A stretch of DNA of 64,000 nucleotides from Candidatus Aminicenantes bacterium (GTDB lineage: Bacteria; Acidobacteriota; Aminicenantia; Aminicenantales; Saccharicenantaceae), in the NCBI GenBank assembly GCA_963719985.1, contig CAVRDU010000001.1:32023-96022 (forward strand), given 5' to 3'. The position numbers and the translations under genes are program-made. Of the stretch, positions 38,153-47,794 are shown one piece after another (positions within the stretch are counted from its first letter, which is position 1; every line of letters starts with the position of its first letter). The notes beneath the pieces are model-generated. The model did no database searches. It had not been told where the DNA came from and saw nothing but the letters and a program-made list of their open reading frames with translations.

Positions 38153-38416
38153 ATGAGCGACAAGATCGAACACGGCGAACAGGGCGCTGGAATGAGGGAG
38201 GGGCACGCCCTCGACCTCAAGCTCCCGATCGGCTGGCTCCTCGGCGCCTACGGCGTCCTGCTCGCGGCCTACGGCCTCCTGACCGGGAAGGAGATGTACG
38301 CGATCTCGCTCGGCGTCAACCTCAACCTGATCTGGGGGGTCCTGATGCTGGCGATCGGCGGCGGATTCCTCCTCACCGCGCTCGTGAAGAAGAAGAAAAA
38401 GAAGAAGAAAGGATAG
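38153..38416 (+). CDS. Small two-TM protein accompanying SSS, with poly-Lys tail
   Basis: LDLKLPIGWLLGAYG and VNLNLIWGVLML segments; C-terminal Lys run. Confidence 0.75.
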   Translation: MSDKIEHGEQGAGMREGHALDLKLPIGWLLGAYGVLLAAYGLLTGKEMYAISLGVNLNLIWGVLMLAIGGGFLLTALVKKKKKKKKG

Positions 38417-38429
38417 GGCCGGCCGCCGG

Positions 38430-39242
38430 CTAGTCGCGGCCCTCGCGCAGGCGGATGTAGATGGCCGCGCCGCCGCCCTCCTCCCCCCTCGACTGGATCT
38501 CGAAGAGGGTCTGCTGGCTCTTGATGAGCTGAGAGAGCTGCTTGAAGCCGTAGGTGCGGGGGTCGAAGCCGGGGTCGAGCTGGCGCAGGGTGAAGCCGAT
38601 CTCGCCCAAGTTGGCCCAGCCGTCCTCGTGGACGGCCATGTCGAAGGCGCCCTTGAGCAGGGGGACGGGGTCGTACTTGGGGCCCTTGTCTTCGCGCTCC
38701 TCGGGCTCCTCCCGGACGTCCTTGCCGCCGCCTTTGCGCGGCGAGGCGCCCCGGTCGCGCCGCCGCGGCTCCCGCTCGCGTTCCCGCCGCGGGACGAGGT
38801 TCTCGGTGTAGATGAAGATGTTGCAGCCGTTGACGAAGGCCTTGGGCGTCGAGCGCTTGCCGATGCCCATGACGAAGAAGCCCATCTCGCGGATGCGGGT
38901 CGCCAGCCGGGTGTAGTCGCTGTCGCTCGAGACGATGCAGAAGCCGTCGACGAGGTGGCCGTGGAGGATGTCCATGGCGTCGATGATCATGGCGCTGTCG
39001 GTGGCGTTCTTGCCGATCGTGTAGCGGAACTGCTGGATGGGCTGGATGGCGCTGTCGTGGAGGGCGTTCTTCCAGCCCGACATGTTGACCGTCGTCCAGT
39101 CGCCGTAGATGCGGCGGATGGTCACCACGCCATACTTCCCCGCCTCGGTCAGGATCTGGCCGATGAGCGAGGGCTGGGCGTTGTCGCCGTCGATGAGGAG
39201 GGCGATCTTCCGGGCTTTTTGCTCGATGAACGGCTCGGCCAT
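38430..39242 (-). CDS. NYN (LabA/DUF88, PIN-like) domain protein with OST-HTH/LOTUS domain
   Basis: LIDGDN, RIYGDW, GKNATDSAMIIDAMD, SSDSDYTRLA; C-terminal GWANLGEIG...DPRTYGFKQLSQLI. Confidence 0.9.
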   Translation of the reverse strand: MAEPFIEQKARKIALLIDGDNAQPSLIGQILTEAGKYGVVTIRRIYGDWTTVNMSGWKNALHDSAIQPIQQFRYTIGKNATDSAMIIDAMDILHGHLVDGFCIVSSDSDYTRLATRIREMGFFVMGIGKRSTPKAFVNGCNIFIYTENLVPRREREREPRRRDRGASPRKGGGKDVREEPEEREDKGPKYDPVPLLKGAFDMAVHEDGWANLGEIGFTLRQLDPGFDPRTYGFKQLSQLIKSQQTLFEIQSRGEEGGGAAIYIRLREGRD

Positions 39243-39341
39243 GGAGATATCCTTTCGTTCGCTAGCGATTCCCCCGCTATCCTATCTCATAACGCATGTT
39301 CGTTCAATATTAAGGGGAAGCCCGAAGCGAGGCGACTTTTA

Positions 39342-40910
39342 TCAAGCTTCCTCGAGGACGCTCCAGCCGAGGGCGTCGGCCAGCGCGTAGACCGGCTTCC
39401 TTCAGGTCGCCGTAGACGGTCACCCGGTGCCAGCCCCACTGGTCCCACTCGGCGAAGAGCTTCTCGATGTCGCCGACCGGCTCCACGGCGAGCTTCGTCC
39501 GGCAGGCCCGGTCGTCGGGGTCGTTGGCCACGGCCTTGCCCTGATGGAAGAGGATCGTTCTCTTCTCGGGAGCGAACTCGAGCGTCGTGGTCATGTAGCC
39601 GAGCGGCAGGAGCGACCGCACGGACGCGCCCTGGCGGTCCTCGGAGTGGGTCAGGATCTCGAAGGGGTTCGCCGGGCCTCCCGGACCGAAGGCCCGGTTC
39701 GAGGCGACGCAATGGGCGTAGATGATCTGGCGCGGCGGAAGTGTCGATGACCGGATCGGAGATGTAGCCGGGGCGGCCCTGGGTCAGGGCCGTCAGGGCG
39801 ACCATGGTCGCCGTCGAGCGCACGTCGCACTCGCAGGCGCCGATCAGGCCCTCGTTGGTGAGCTCGTGGAAGCCGAGGCAGGGATAGGCGTGGATGTGCC
39901 CGCCGTAGAACCCGCCGAGGCAGTTGATGGTGATGGCGTTGGCGCCATGCTTCTTCAGCACCGCCTTCTGGCCGAGATACATGGCCGCCGAGGTGTCGAG
40001 CGTTGCGCCTGTCGACGCCCTCGACCCGGGCCGCCGTCGCGGCCCAGCGGTCGGCGATGGCCGCGGCTTCCTCCTTGTCGGCCGCCTCCCAGGCGTCGTT
40101 GACCTCGGCGAAGGGCACGTTGACGACCTCGATGCCCATCCCCTCCTTCACGGCCGGCGCGAGACCGGGCCAGTTCCCGCCGACGGCCAGGATCTTCGAC
40201 TCCCGCATCTTCCGCAGGCAGTCGCCGGCCGCGAGGCAGACCAGGCCGTCGGCCGCGACGGAGAGGTCGCCGGGCGCGGGCGTCGCCGCCCGCCGGGAGG
40301 AGGCGACCAGGGCGCCGAACTCGTCCGCCGCCGCGCCTCGCTTGACCCGGTCGAAGGCCCGGCAGGCGGCCACGAGGTCCTCGCTCCTCGATGAGGCGAC
40401 GAAACCGAGGTTGGGCGTCTTCTTGCGCAGGAGATCGGCCGTGTAGACGAGGAAGCCGCCGCTGCCGCCGTATTGGAAATCGACGTAGAGCGTCGGCTTG
40501 CCGGTGGCGGCGACCGTCTGGACGACGCGGTTCCAGCAGTTGAGCTGGCAGACGAGGTAGCCGTCCATCGGAGCGGCCGCGTCGGCGGCCAGGATCTTCT
40601 TGGTCTCCTCCGGGCCGTTGGCCATGGAGGTCGCGAGCTCGCATCCGGGAAAACTCTCGGAGAGCGTTCCGGTGATCCGGTCCATGACCGGCTGGAAATC
40701 GAATCCGACGTTGGGCCAGTCCGGGCCGGGCTGGACAACGGCGTGCAGGGCGTAGATGACGCGGACGCGGGTCTTGGGGGCGGATCCGCAAGACTGGAAG
40801 AGGCCTGTCGAGGCCAGCGTCCCCAGGGCTCCGGCCGAGGCCGTGGCCAGGAAACGGCGGCGGCTCAAGGGGCATCCGGCGCAAGGGACGGATCGCTGTT
40901 GTCTTTTCAT
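39342..40910 (-). CDS. Tat-exported L-fucose/L-arabinose-isomerase-like protein; about three +1 frameshifts (near 40008, 39745, 39400)
   Basis: SRRRFL Tat motif; ITINCLGG, AYPCLGFHELT, ACECD, GYISDP, YAHC, CRTKLAV, WHRVTVYGD; repaired end LKEPVYALADALGWSVLEEA*. Confidence 0.65.
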
Positions 40911-40964
40911 CGGGCCTCCTCGTACGTTCCTCGCGGCCGCGGCCGCCGCGGTCCGGTCGCTCAG

Positions 40965-41036
40965 ATACTAATTCCGGGCCAGAGCCCCTGTCAAGGAAAG
41001 GGACGGTTGACCCGAAGCCGGGAATGCGGCTATAGT
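40965..41036. promoter_or_regulatory. Back-to-back divergent sigma70 promoters
   Basis: Minus: TTGACA (40994-40989)-N18-TAGTAT (40970-40965); plus: TTGACC (41007-41012)-N18-TATAGT (41031-41036). Confidence 0.55.
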
Positions 41037-41045
41037 TGGTCCGCT

Positions 41046-41936
41046 TTGAGGACGATCTCCCGGAGGGCCTTCCTGGGCGGCGCCGCGGCGGGCGCGGCCG
41101 CGGGCGGCGCCCTGGCCTGGACGGCCCGCGCCGGGAAGAGCGGGTCGTCCCCGCCCACCCCCCTCCCCCGTTTCCGCCTCGGCCTCGCCTCCTATACGTT
41201 CCGCGAGTTCGACCTCGACGCGGCGCTGGCCATGGCCCGGCGGCTCGACCTCGGCCGCGTCTGCTTGAAGGACATGCACCTGCCCCTCGCGAGCTCCGCG
41301 GAGCTCATCGGGTCCGTGGCCGAAAAGATCCGCGCGGCCGGGCTCGACCTCTACGCCTGCGGCGTCGTCTACATGACGAGCGCGGCCGAGGTCGACCGCG
41401 CCTTCGCCTACGCCCGGACCGGGGGGATGGAGATCATCGTCGGCGTCCCCGAACACGACCTCCTCGGCCGCGCCGCCGAGAGGGTCCGGGAGACGGGCAT
41501 CCGGTTGGCCATCCACAACCACGGGCCGGGCGATCTCCGCTACCCCACCGCCGCCTCGATCCTCGAGAGGATCTCGGGGCTCGATCCCGGCGTCGGCGTG
41601 TGCCTCGACATCGGGCACGCGACGCGCTCGGGAGTCGATCCCTCCGAGGCCGCCCGGCAGTGCGGCCCGCGCTTGCTCGACGTCCACCTCAAGGACGTGA
41701 CGGCGGCGACGGCGGACGGCTCCACCGTCGAAGCGGGCCGAGGGATCATCGACCTGCCCCGCTTCCTGCGGACGCTCGCCGAGGTCGATTTCCGGGGCAC
41801 GGCCGCCTTCGAGCACGAGAAGGACGGCCGGGACCCGCTGCCCGGCCTGGCGGAATCGGTGGGCTATATCCGGGGGATCCTGGCGGCCTGGGCCGGATCA
41901 GGGGACCGGCCGGACCGGGATCATTTCGAGAAGTAG
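41046..41936 (+). CDS. Tat-exported sugar-phosphate isomerase/epimerase-like TIM barrel (AP endonuclease 2/xylose isomerase fold)
   Basis: TTG start (tentative), SRRAFL Tat motif; HNHGP, CLDIGH, VHLKD, FEHE metal-ligand motifs. Confidence 0.85.
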   Translation: MRTISRRAFLGGAAAGAAAGGALAWTARAGKSGSSPPTPLPRFRLGLASYTFREFDLDAALAMARRLDLGRVCLKDMHLPLASSAELIGSVAEKIRAAGLDLYACGVVYMTSAAEVDRAFAYARTGGMEIIVGVPEHDLLGRAAERVRETGIRLAIHNHGPGDLRYPTAASILERISGLDPGVGVCLDIGHATRSGVDPSEAARQCGPRLLDVHLKDVTAATADGSTVEAGRGIIDLPRFLRTLAEVDFRGTAAFEHEKDGRDPLPGLAESVGYIRGILAAWAGSGDRPDRDHFEK

Positions 41937-43153
41937 CCGATCCTGTTCACGACATCGCAGCCGGGGCGGCCGACCCGTACCTCGATCGATCTGAAGACGC
42001 CGGGCGGCGCGGCCGCGTCGGGAACATAGGAGAGGATGTAGTAATCGCTCGAGGCGTCGGCGGCGCGTTTGAAGGTGGTCGAGGGGTTCTGGGAGCTCTC
42101 GGCCGTCCCTCCGGTCGCCTTGGCGATCTGGACGAAACCGGGGAAGATGTCCTCCGACTGCTCGCGCATCGTGGCGCCGAAGACCCGCTGCGATTTCTTC
42201 TCCATGAAGATGAAGTGGAAGTCGATGCCGGCGTCGGCGAAGGCTCTCTTGACCCGGTCGGCGTCGAATTTGGTCTCGCGCTTGTAGAACTGGAAGAGCT
42301 CCATCAGGTTCTGCAGGATGTCGAAGTTCTCCTGGTACAGGGCCATGAGGCGGTTCATCGTCCCGGCGCTGATCTCCGGCCGGTACTCCCTCTGGTAGAA
42401 GAGGACGACCGTCTTCTGCCCCCGGACGGTCTTGAGCGACTCGGCGAAGGCGACAAGCTTGTTCTCGTCGACCAGGCGGATACCGTCCAGCTTCAGGAGC
42501 GTCGAGCGATAGCGGTCCATCTGCATCTCCAGGCCGACGCCGCCCATGGCGTCCATCGTCGGGTCCGTCGCCAGCTCCTCGTCGAACGCGGACGTCCCGC
42601 CGGAGATGGCCTTGGTCAGGCGCTTGAGATCGCTGATGAGATCGCGGTATTCCCCGCTGCCCCGCGTGATGTCCTTGCGCAAGGTCTCTTCCATGCCCTT
42701 CGCCAGCTCGTCCTTCGACTTCAGGGCCAGGGCGTCGCGCTGAAGCCGGTAGGGCTTGAACGGGGTGACGAGCGTCATTTCGTCCCCGGGCTTGAGGACG
42801 GCGCCGAAGAGATAGTCGATGACCCCGGCGAGCTTCGGGTCCCAATCGACGGCTTGGAAGAGCAAGGTATAAGACCGCTCGAGGGGCGGGCCGCCCAAGC
42901 CGCCGCCCTCGCGGCGGACGACGCTCCCGCCCCGCACGAGGGAGAGGGCGGCGACCGACTGCGGGAACCCGTCCTCGAGGAGCTGGAAGTCCTCGATGGT
43001 GAGGTCGTCCTGGAACTTCCCCCCGGCCGAGACATGGACACGGACCTCGACGGAGGCTGGCGCGAGTGGCGGAGCGCTCTGAGCCGCGATGGCGGCGACC
43101 GCGGCCAAGACCGTCAAGGAGAGGAACCATGGGATCGACCGGCGGACGCTCAT
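41921..43153 (-). CDS. VWFA-related Acidobacterial-domain exported protein
   Basis: Signal peptide; DDLTIEDFQLLEDGFPQSV N-terminal motif, GQKTVVLF, IAKATGG, YYILSYVP...FRSIEVRV C-terminal motif. Confidence 0.7.
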   Translation of the reverse strand: MSVRRSIPWFLSLTVLAAVAAIAAQSAPPLAPASVEVRVHVSAGGKFQDDLTIEDFQLLEDGFPQSVAALSLVRGGSVVRREGGGLGGPPLERSYTLLFQAVDWDPKLAGVIDYLFGAVLKPGDEMTLVTPFKPYRLQRDALALKSKDELAKGMEETLRKDITRGSGEYRDLISDLKRLTKAISGGTSAFDEELATDPTMDAMGGVGLEMQMDRYRSTLLKLDGIRLVDENKLVAFAESLKTVRGQKTVVLFYQREYRPEISAGTMNRLMALYQENFDILQNLMELFQFYKRETKFDADRVKRAFADAGIDFHFIFMEKKSQRVFGATMREQSEDIFPGFVQIAKATGGTAESSQNPSTTFKRAADASSDYYILSYVPDAAAPPGVFRSIEVRVGRPGCDVVNRIGYFSK

Positions 43154-43268
43154 TTTCGCCTCCTGGAGACCACGACATCCAGTATAGCACATCGGCCCCC
43201 GCGGGTCAGGGCGGCCGGCTTCACAGGGCTTGGCCTCGGTGTTAGAATAGGAAGGAGGGGAGATCGCC

Positions 43269-44187
43269 ATGTCCATCAAGCGAATCGTCGTCGCCGCGTC
43301 GGTCCTCGCCGTCCTGGCGGCCGGCGCCGGGCCCGCGACCGCGGCGGCCAAGGAAAAGCTCGATCCCGAGAGCAAGAAGTTCTATCAGACCGCCCGGCTG
43401 ATCATGACCAAGGAGGAGGCCAAGATCTGGAACCGCCTGCCCGACATCGAGTCGCGCAAGGAGTTCATCGCCGATTTCTGGCTCAAGCGCGACCCCGATC
43501 CGGACACGGAGGCGAACGAGTACAAGCAGGAGTTCGAGGCCCGCGTCGAGTACGCCACCAAGCGCTTCCGGGAAGGCATCAAGGGCTACAACACCGACCG
43601 GGGCCGCGTCTACATCTTCATGGGCCCGCCGGACAAGTTCGAGGAGTTCTTCCCCCCGCCGGGTTCCCAGGACCGCGGGATCATCTGGTGGATCTACTAC
43701 GACTGGCAGCTCGGCATCGAGTTCGCGGACGAAAAGGGCGACGGGAGCCTTCAAGATGCGCGAGTACACCGGCGATTTCTTCGGCGCCATGGACATCTTC
43801 AGGCTCGGCCGGAACGTCCGGGTCGACGACGTCTTCGGCAAGAAGTTCTTCAAGTTCGAAGCCTCCTACGACCAGGAAAGACGGGAGATCGAGGTCCGCA
43901 TCCCGACCAAGTCCCTGATGTTCCGCGAGAACGCAGAGGGCCGGCTCCAGGTCGATCTGAGGTTCACCTTCTACATCTACCCCGACGAGGGCAAGCGCAA
44001 GGAGAGTTTCGCCGAAGCCCGCTCCGTCGTCATCTCCGACGACGAGCAGGAAACCCTGAAGACGGTAGACCTCCGCTTCGCCCGCGCCCTCTCGCCCGGC
44101 ACGAGTTACGTCGACGTCATGATCCAGGGCAAGGAAGGGACGCAGGGCAAGATCCGCCAGATCTTCGAGATGAAGGTCAAGAAGTAG
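43269..44187 (+). CDS. GWxTD-domain exported protein; +1 frameshift near 43747
   Basis: FIADFWLKRDPDPDTEANE...RVEYA...GYNTDRGRVYIFMGPPD; removing one A joins DG-AFKMREYTGDF...KVKK*. Confidence 0.82.
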
Positions 44188-44200
44188 CCCGGCCGTTCGG

Positions 44201-44230
44201 TTGACAAGCCCCCCGGGCATCCGATAGTAT
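44201..44230 (+). promoter_or_regulatory. Sigma70 promoter for DUF47-pit operon
   Basis: TTGACA-N18-TAGTAT. Confidence 0.55.
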
Positions 44231-44257
44231 GCCCCTCTCGGGTATCGGAATCGATTC

Positions 44258-44884
44258 ATGAAGCTCAACTTCTTCCCCAAAGAGCACAAGTTCTTCGAGC
44301 TCTTCCGCCGGGACGCCGCCAACGTCCGCGAGGGCGCCCTGGCCCTCCAGGAGCTCGTCGAGAACTACGAGGACGTCGAGAGGAAATACGAACGGATCAA
44401 GGGGATCGAGCACGTGGGCGACGACATCACCCACGAGATCTTCACCAAGCTCCGCGACACCTTCATCACGCCCCTCGAGCGTGAGGACATCCACGGCCTG
44501 GCCAGCGGCCTCGACGACGTCCTCGACTGCATCGAGGGCGTGGCCAGCCGGATGTGCTACTTCAAGCTCGTCCGGCCGACGCCCGAGGTCAGGAAGCTCG
44601 TCGACATCATCCGCAAGGCCGTCGAGCAGATCTTCGAGGCCATCAACAGCCTGGAGACCCTCGGCCACTGCCACACGTTCTGCAAGCAGATCAACATCCT
44701 CGAGTACGAGGCCGACGTCGTCTGCCGCGAGGCCATCGCCGACCTCTTCGTCAAGGCGGAGACGCCCGCGGAGATCAAGGACCTGATCAAGCTCAAGGAG
44801 ATCTACACCCGGCTCGAGGTCGCCGCCGACCGCTGCGAGGACGTGGCCAACGTCATCGAGGAGATCATCGTCAAGTCGACCTGA
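44258..44884 (+). CDS. DUF47 PhoU-like Pit accessory protein
   Basis: EHVGDDITHEIF...FITPLEREDIHGL...LDDVLD, LEYEAD, LKEIYTRLEVAADRCEDVANVIE. Confidence 0.92.
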   Translation: MKLNFFPKEHKFFELFRRDAANVREGALALQELVENYEDVERKYERIKGIEHVGDDITHEIFTKLRDTFITPLEREDIHGLASGLDDVLDCIEGVASRMCYFKLVRPTPEVRKLVDIIRKAVEQIFEAINSLETLGHCHTFCKQINILEYEADVVCREAIADLFVKAETPAEIKDLIKLKEIYTRLEVAADRCEDVANVIEEIIVKST

Positions 44885-44889
44885 GCCTC

Positions 44890-45900
44890 ATGCCCGACGC
44901 CGGCTTCCTCTTCGTCGCCTTCATCATCCTCCTGGCCCTCGTCTTCGATTACACGAACGGGCTCAACGACGCGGCCAACTCCATCGCCACCATCGTCTCG
45001 ACCCGGGTCCTGAAGCCGCGGCAGGCCGTCGCCTGGGCCGCGTTCTTCAATTTCGCGGCCTTCCTCATCTTCGGCACCGGCGTCGCCCACACCATCGGCC
45101 GGGGGCTCATCGAGATCTCCGTCGTCACCCCCGCGGTCATCTTCGCCGGCCTCATCGGCGCCGTGGCCTGGAACACGGCCGCCTGGTACCTGGGGCTGCC
45201 CATCAGCGCCTCCCACGCGCTCATCGGCGGCTACGCCGGGGCGGCCGTCGTCAAGGCCGGCGTGGACGTCATCATCGTCAGCGGCTGGGGCAAGATCTTC
45301 CTGTTCATCTTTCTCGCCCCGATGATCGGGCTCGTCCTCGGCGTCATTCTGATCTGGATCGTGACCTGGCTCATCCACAAGAAGCACCCCGTCCAGATCA
45401 ACAAGTGGTCCAAGCGGCTCCAGCTCTTCTCCGCGGCCCTCTACAGCCTCGGCCACGGCGGCAACGACGCCCAGAAGACCATGGGCATCATCGCCAGCCT
45501 GATCTTCGCCGCCGGCTGGATCGATACGTTCTACGTCCCGCTCTGGGTCGTCCTCTCGGCCCACGCCGCGATCGCCCTGGGCACGCTCTCGGGCGGCTGG
45601 CGGGTCGTCAAGACCATGGGGCAGAAGATCACCAAGCTCCGCCCCATCGACGGGTTCTGCGCGGAGACGGCGAGCGCCGCCAGCATCTTCCTGGCGACCT
45701 ACATGGGCATCCCGGTGAGCACGACGCACGTCATAACCGGGGCCATCTCGGGCGTCGGGGCGGCCAGGAAGCTGTCCGCGGTGCGCTGGGGGGTCACCCT
45801 CAGGATCGTCTGGGCCTGGATCTTCACCATCCCCGGCTCCGGGTTGCTCGCGGGCCTCTCGTATTTCCTGATCCACCTCGTCTTCCGGAGATTCGTCTGA
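44890..45900 (+). CDS. pit: Inorganic phosphate transporter, PiT family
   Basis: Signature GLNDAANSIAT and GGNDAQKTMG; GLPISASHA, GIPVSTTH. Confidence 0.93.
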   Translation: MPDAGFLFVAFIILLALVFDYTNGLNDAANSIATIVSTRVLKPRQAVAWAAFFNFAAFLIFGTGVAHTIGRGLIEISVVTPAVIFAGLIGAVAWNTAAWYLGLPISASHALIGGYAGAAVVKAGVDVIIVSGWGKIFLFIFLAPMIGLVLGVILIWIVTWLIHKKHPVQINKWSKRLQLFSAALYSLGHGGNDAQKTMGIIASLIFAAGWIDTFYVPLWVVLSAHAAIALGTLSGGWRVVKTMGQKITKLRPIDGFCAETASAASIFLATYMGIPVSTTHVITGAISGVGAARKLSAVRWGVTLRIVWAWIFTIPGSGLLAGLSYFLIHLVFRRFV

Positions 45901-45901
45901 C

Positions 45902-46411
45902 GTGAGACGATCGGGGTCCCTTCTTCTCGCCCTCTTGGCCCTGGCGGGCCCGGCCGGCTTCGCCGGGACCGCCCAGGGGGCCGGGCCCTCGCCCGTCCGG
46001 GGCATCCTGCCGGTCGAGGGCCTGATCGCACAGAGCGTCGTCGAATTCCGCGACCAGGCGGCCCTCGATCCCCATTACTTCCTGGCCGACGAGACCGCCC
46101 TCGGGCTCGACGGGAAAGCGGCGGCCGTCTTCGCCCGCTACGGCCCGGGGGGCGCGGAGGCCCTCGTCCTGGCCGTCGCCTACCCGGACGCGGACGCCGC
46201 CGGGCGCGTCCACGAGCGTTTCGGCCGCGACTTCTTCTCCCAGGAGTTCGATCCGAAGCCGGCCCGCTTCGTCGAGAGGCTCGAGTCCGGCGATTTCGCC
46301 GGGATCGCCCGGGCGGGGCCCGTCCTCGTCGTGGTCCTGGAGGCTTCGTCGCGCAAGGGCTGCGACGACCTCCTCCGCCGGCTCGAGGCGAACGCGAAAG
46401 CCCTCTACTAA
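45902..46411 (+). CDS. Exported hypothetical protein
   Basis: GTG start 1 nt after pit stop; signal peptide; GC3-biased codons. Confidence 0.6.
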   Translation: MRRSGSLLLALLALAGPAGFAGTAQGAGPSPVRGILPVEGLIAQSVVEFRDQAALDPHYFLADETALGLDGKAAAVFARYGPGGAEALVLAVAYPDADAAGRVHERFGRDFFSQEFDPKPARFVERLESGDFAGIARAGPVLVVVLEASSRKGCDDLLRRLEANAKALY

Positions 46412-46420
46412 GGAGGTCCC

Positions 46421-47785
46421 ATGACCGACCCCGCGACCCCCAAGCCGAAGTTCCCGGCGACCTTCTGGACGGCCAACACGATCGAGCTCTTCGAACGGGC
46501 CGCCTATTACTCCATGGCCTCCTTCATGGTCATCTACCTGAAGGAATCGCTGGGCATGACCCCGAGCTTCGCCACCTTCCTCAACGGCACCCTGCTCTGG
46601 GGCATCATCTACTTCATGCCCATCCTCTCGGGGACCCTGGCCGACAAGTTCGGGTTCAAGAGGTCCCTCTCGGTCTCGTTCGTCCTCATCTCCCTGGGCT
46701 ATTTCGTCATGGGCAACGTCCAGCGGATCTGGCCGGGCCTCATCGGCAAGGGAGCCGCGGAGGCCGTCGACTTCACCGTCCCCGTCGTCCTCGGGGCCGT
46801 CCTCATCGCCATCGGCGGCTCGATCGTCAAGCCCTGCATCGCCGGTACGGTCCAGAAGACGGCCGGGACTCGGGCGACGCTGGCCTTCGGCATCTTCTAC
46901 ATGGTCATCAACATCGGCTCGATCACCGGACGGGGCGTGTCGTACTTCATCCGGACGAGCCTGGGCATCCCGGCCATCTTCACCTACGCCGCGACCTCGT
47001 TCGCCCTCGTCGGGCTCCTCGTCACGCTCTTCGTCTACCGGGAGCCTCAGTACGTCAGCGACGGCGTCAAGGACGGGCAGAAGGCCGAGAAGCGGACGCT
47101 CGGCCAGGCCCTCATGGGCATTTTCGTCGTCCTGGGCAACGTCAAGTTCGTCTTCCTCATCGTCGTCCTGGCCATGTTCTGGTTCCTCTATATCCAGCTC
47201 TACAACCTCATGCCCCTGTTCATCCGCCACCTCGATCCCAACGCGCCGATGGACCTCTACACCCTGGCCAACCCGGTCATGATCGTCTGCTTCCAGTTGC
47301 TCATCACCCGGCTGGTCAAGCGCTGGCTGCCGATCCGGACGATCATGTTCGGGGCCATCGTCATGACCGCGGGGATGCTGGTCATGGCCCTGCCGTCCCT
47401 GCTCTACGCGGACCCCGGCCAGAAGACCAGCCTGCTCGGGTTGAGCCTGCCCATCGCCGGCGTCTTCATGATCGTCTCCATCGCCGCGATGGCCGTCGGC
47501 GAGATGATGGCCTCGCCGCGCGTATTCGAGTACATCGGGGCCATCGCCCCCAAGGGGCAGGAGGGATTGTACCTCGGCTACCAGAGCCTGCCGATCGCCC
47601 TGGCCAGCATGATCGGCGGACCGGTCGGCGGGCGGCTCTTCGAGCGGTACATCGATACGCCCTTCAAGGAGGGACGGCCGGTCGACACGGTGACGATGTG
47701 GCTCATCATCGCCGGGATCGGAGCCGCCTCGGTCGTCGGGCTGTGGATCTACGACCGGGTGGTCGTCAAGGGAAAGAAGGCCTGA
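46421..47785 (+). CDS. POT/PTR-family MFS oligopeptide transporter
   Basis: ELFERAAYY (ExxER motif), GTLADKFG, FYMVINIGS, 12 TM pattern; AAGGAGG RBS. Confidence 0.88.
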   Translation: MTDPATPKPKFPATFWTANTIELFERAAYYSMASFMVIYLKESLGMTPSFATFLNGTLLWGIIYFMPILSGTLADKFGFKRSLSVSFVLISLGYFVMGNVQRIWPGLIGKGAAEAVDFTVPVVLGAVLIAIGGSIVKPCIAGTVQKTAGTRATLAFGIFYMVINIGSITGRGVSYFIRTSLGIPAIFTYAATSFALVGLLVTLFVYREPQYVSDGVKDGQKAEKRTLGQALMGIFVVLGNVKFVFLIVVLAMFWFLYIQLYNLMPLFIRHLDPNAPMDLYTLANPVMIVCFQLLITRLVKRWLPIRTIMFGAIVMTAGMLVMALPSLLYADPGQKTSLLGLSLPIAGVFMIVSIAAMAVGEMMASPRVFEYIGAIAPKGQEGLYLGYQSLPIALASMIGGPVGGRLFERYIDTPFKEGRPVDTVTMWLIIAGIGAASVVGLWIYDRVVVKGKKA

Positions 47786-47794
47786 GGCCCGCGG

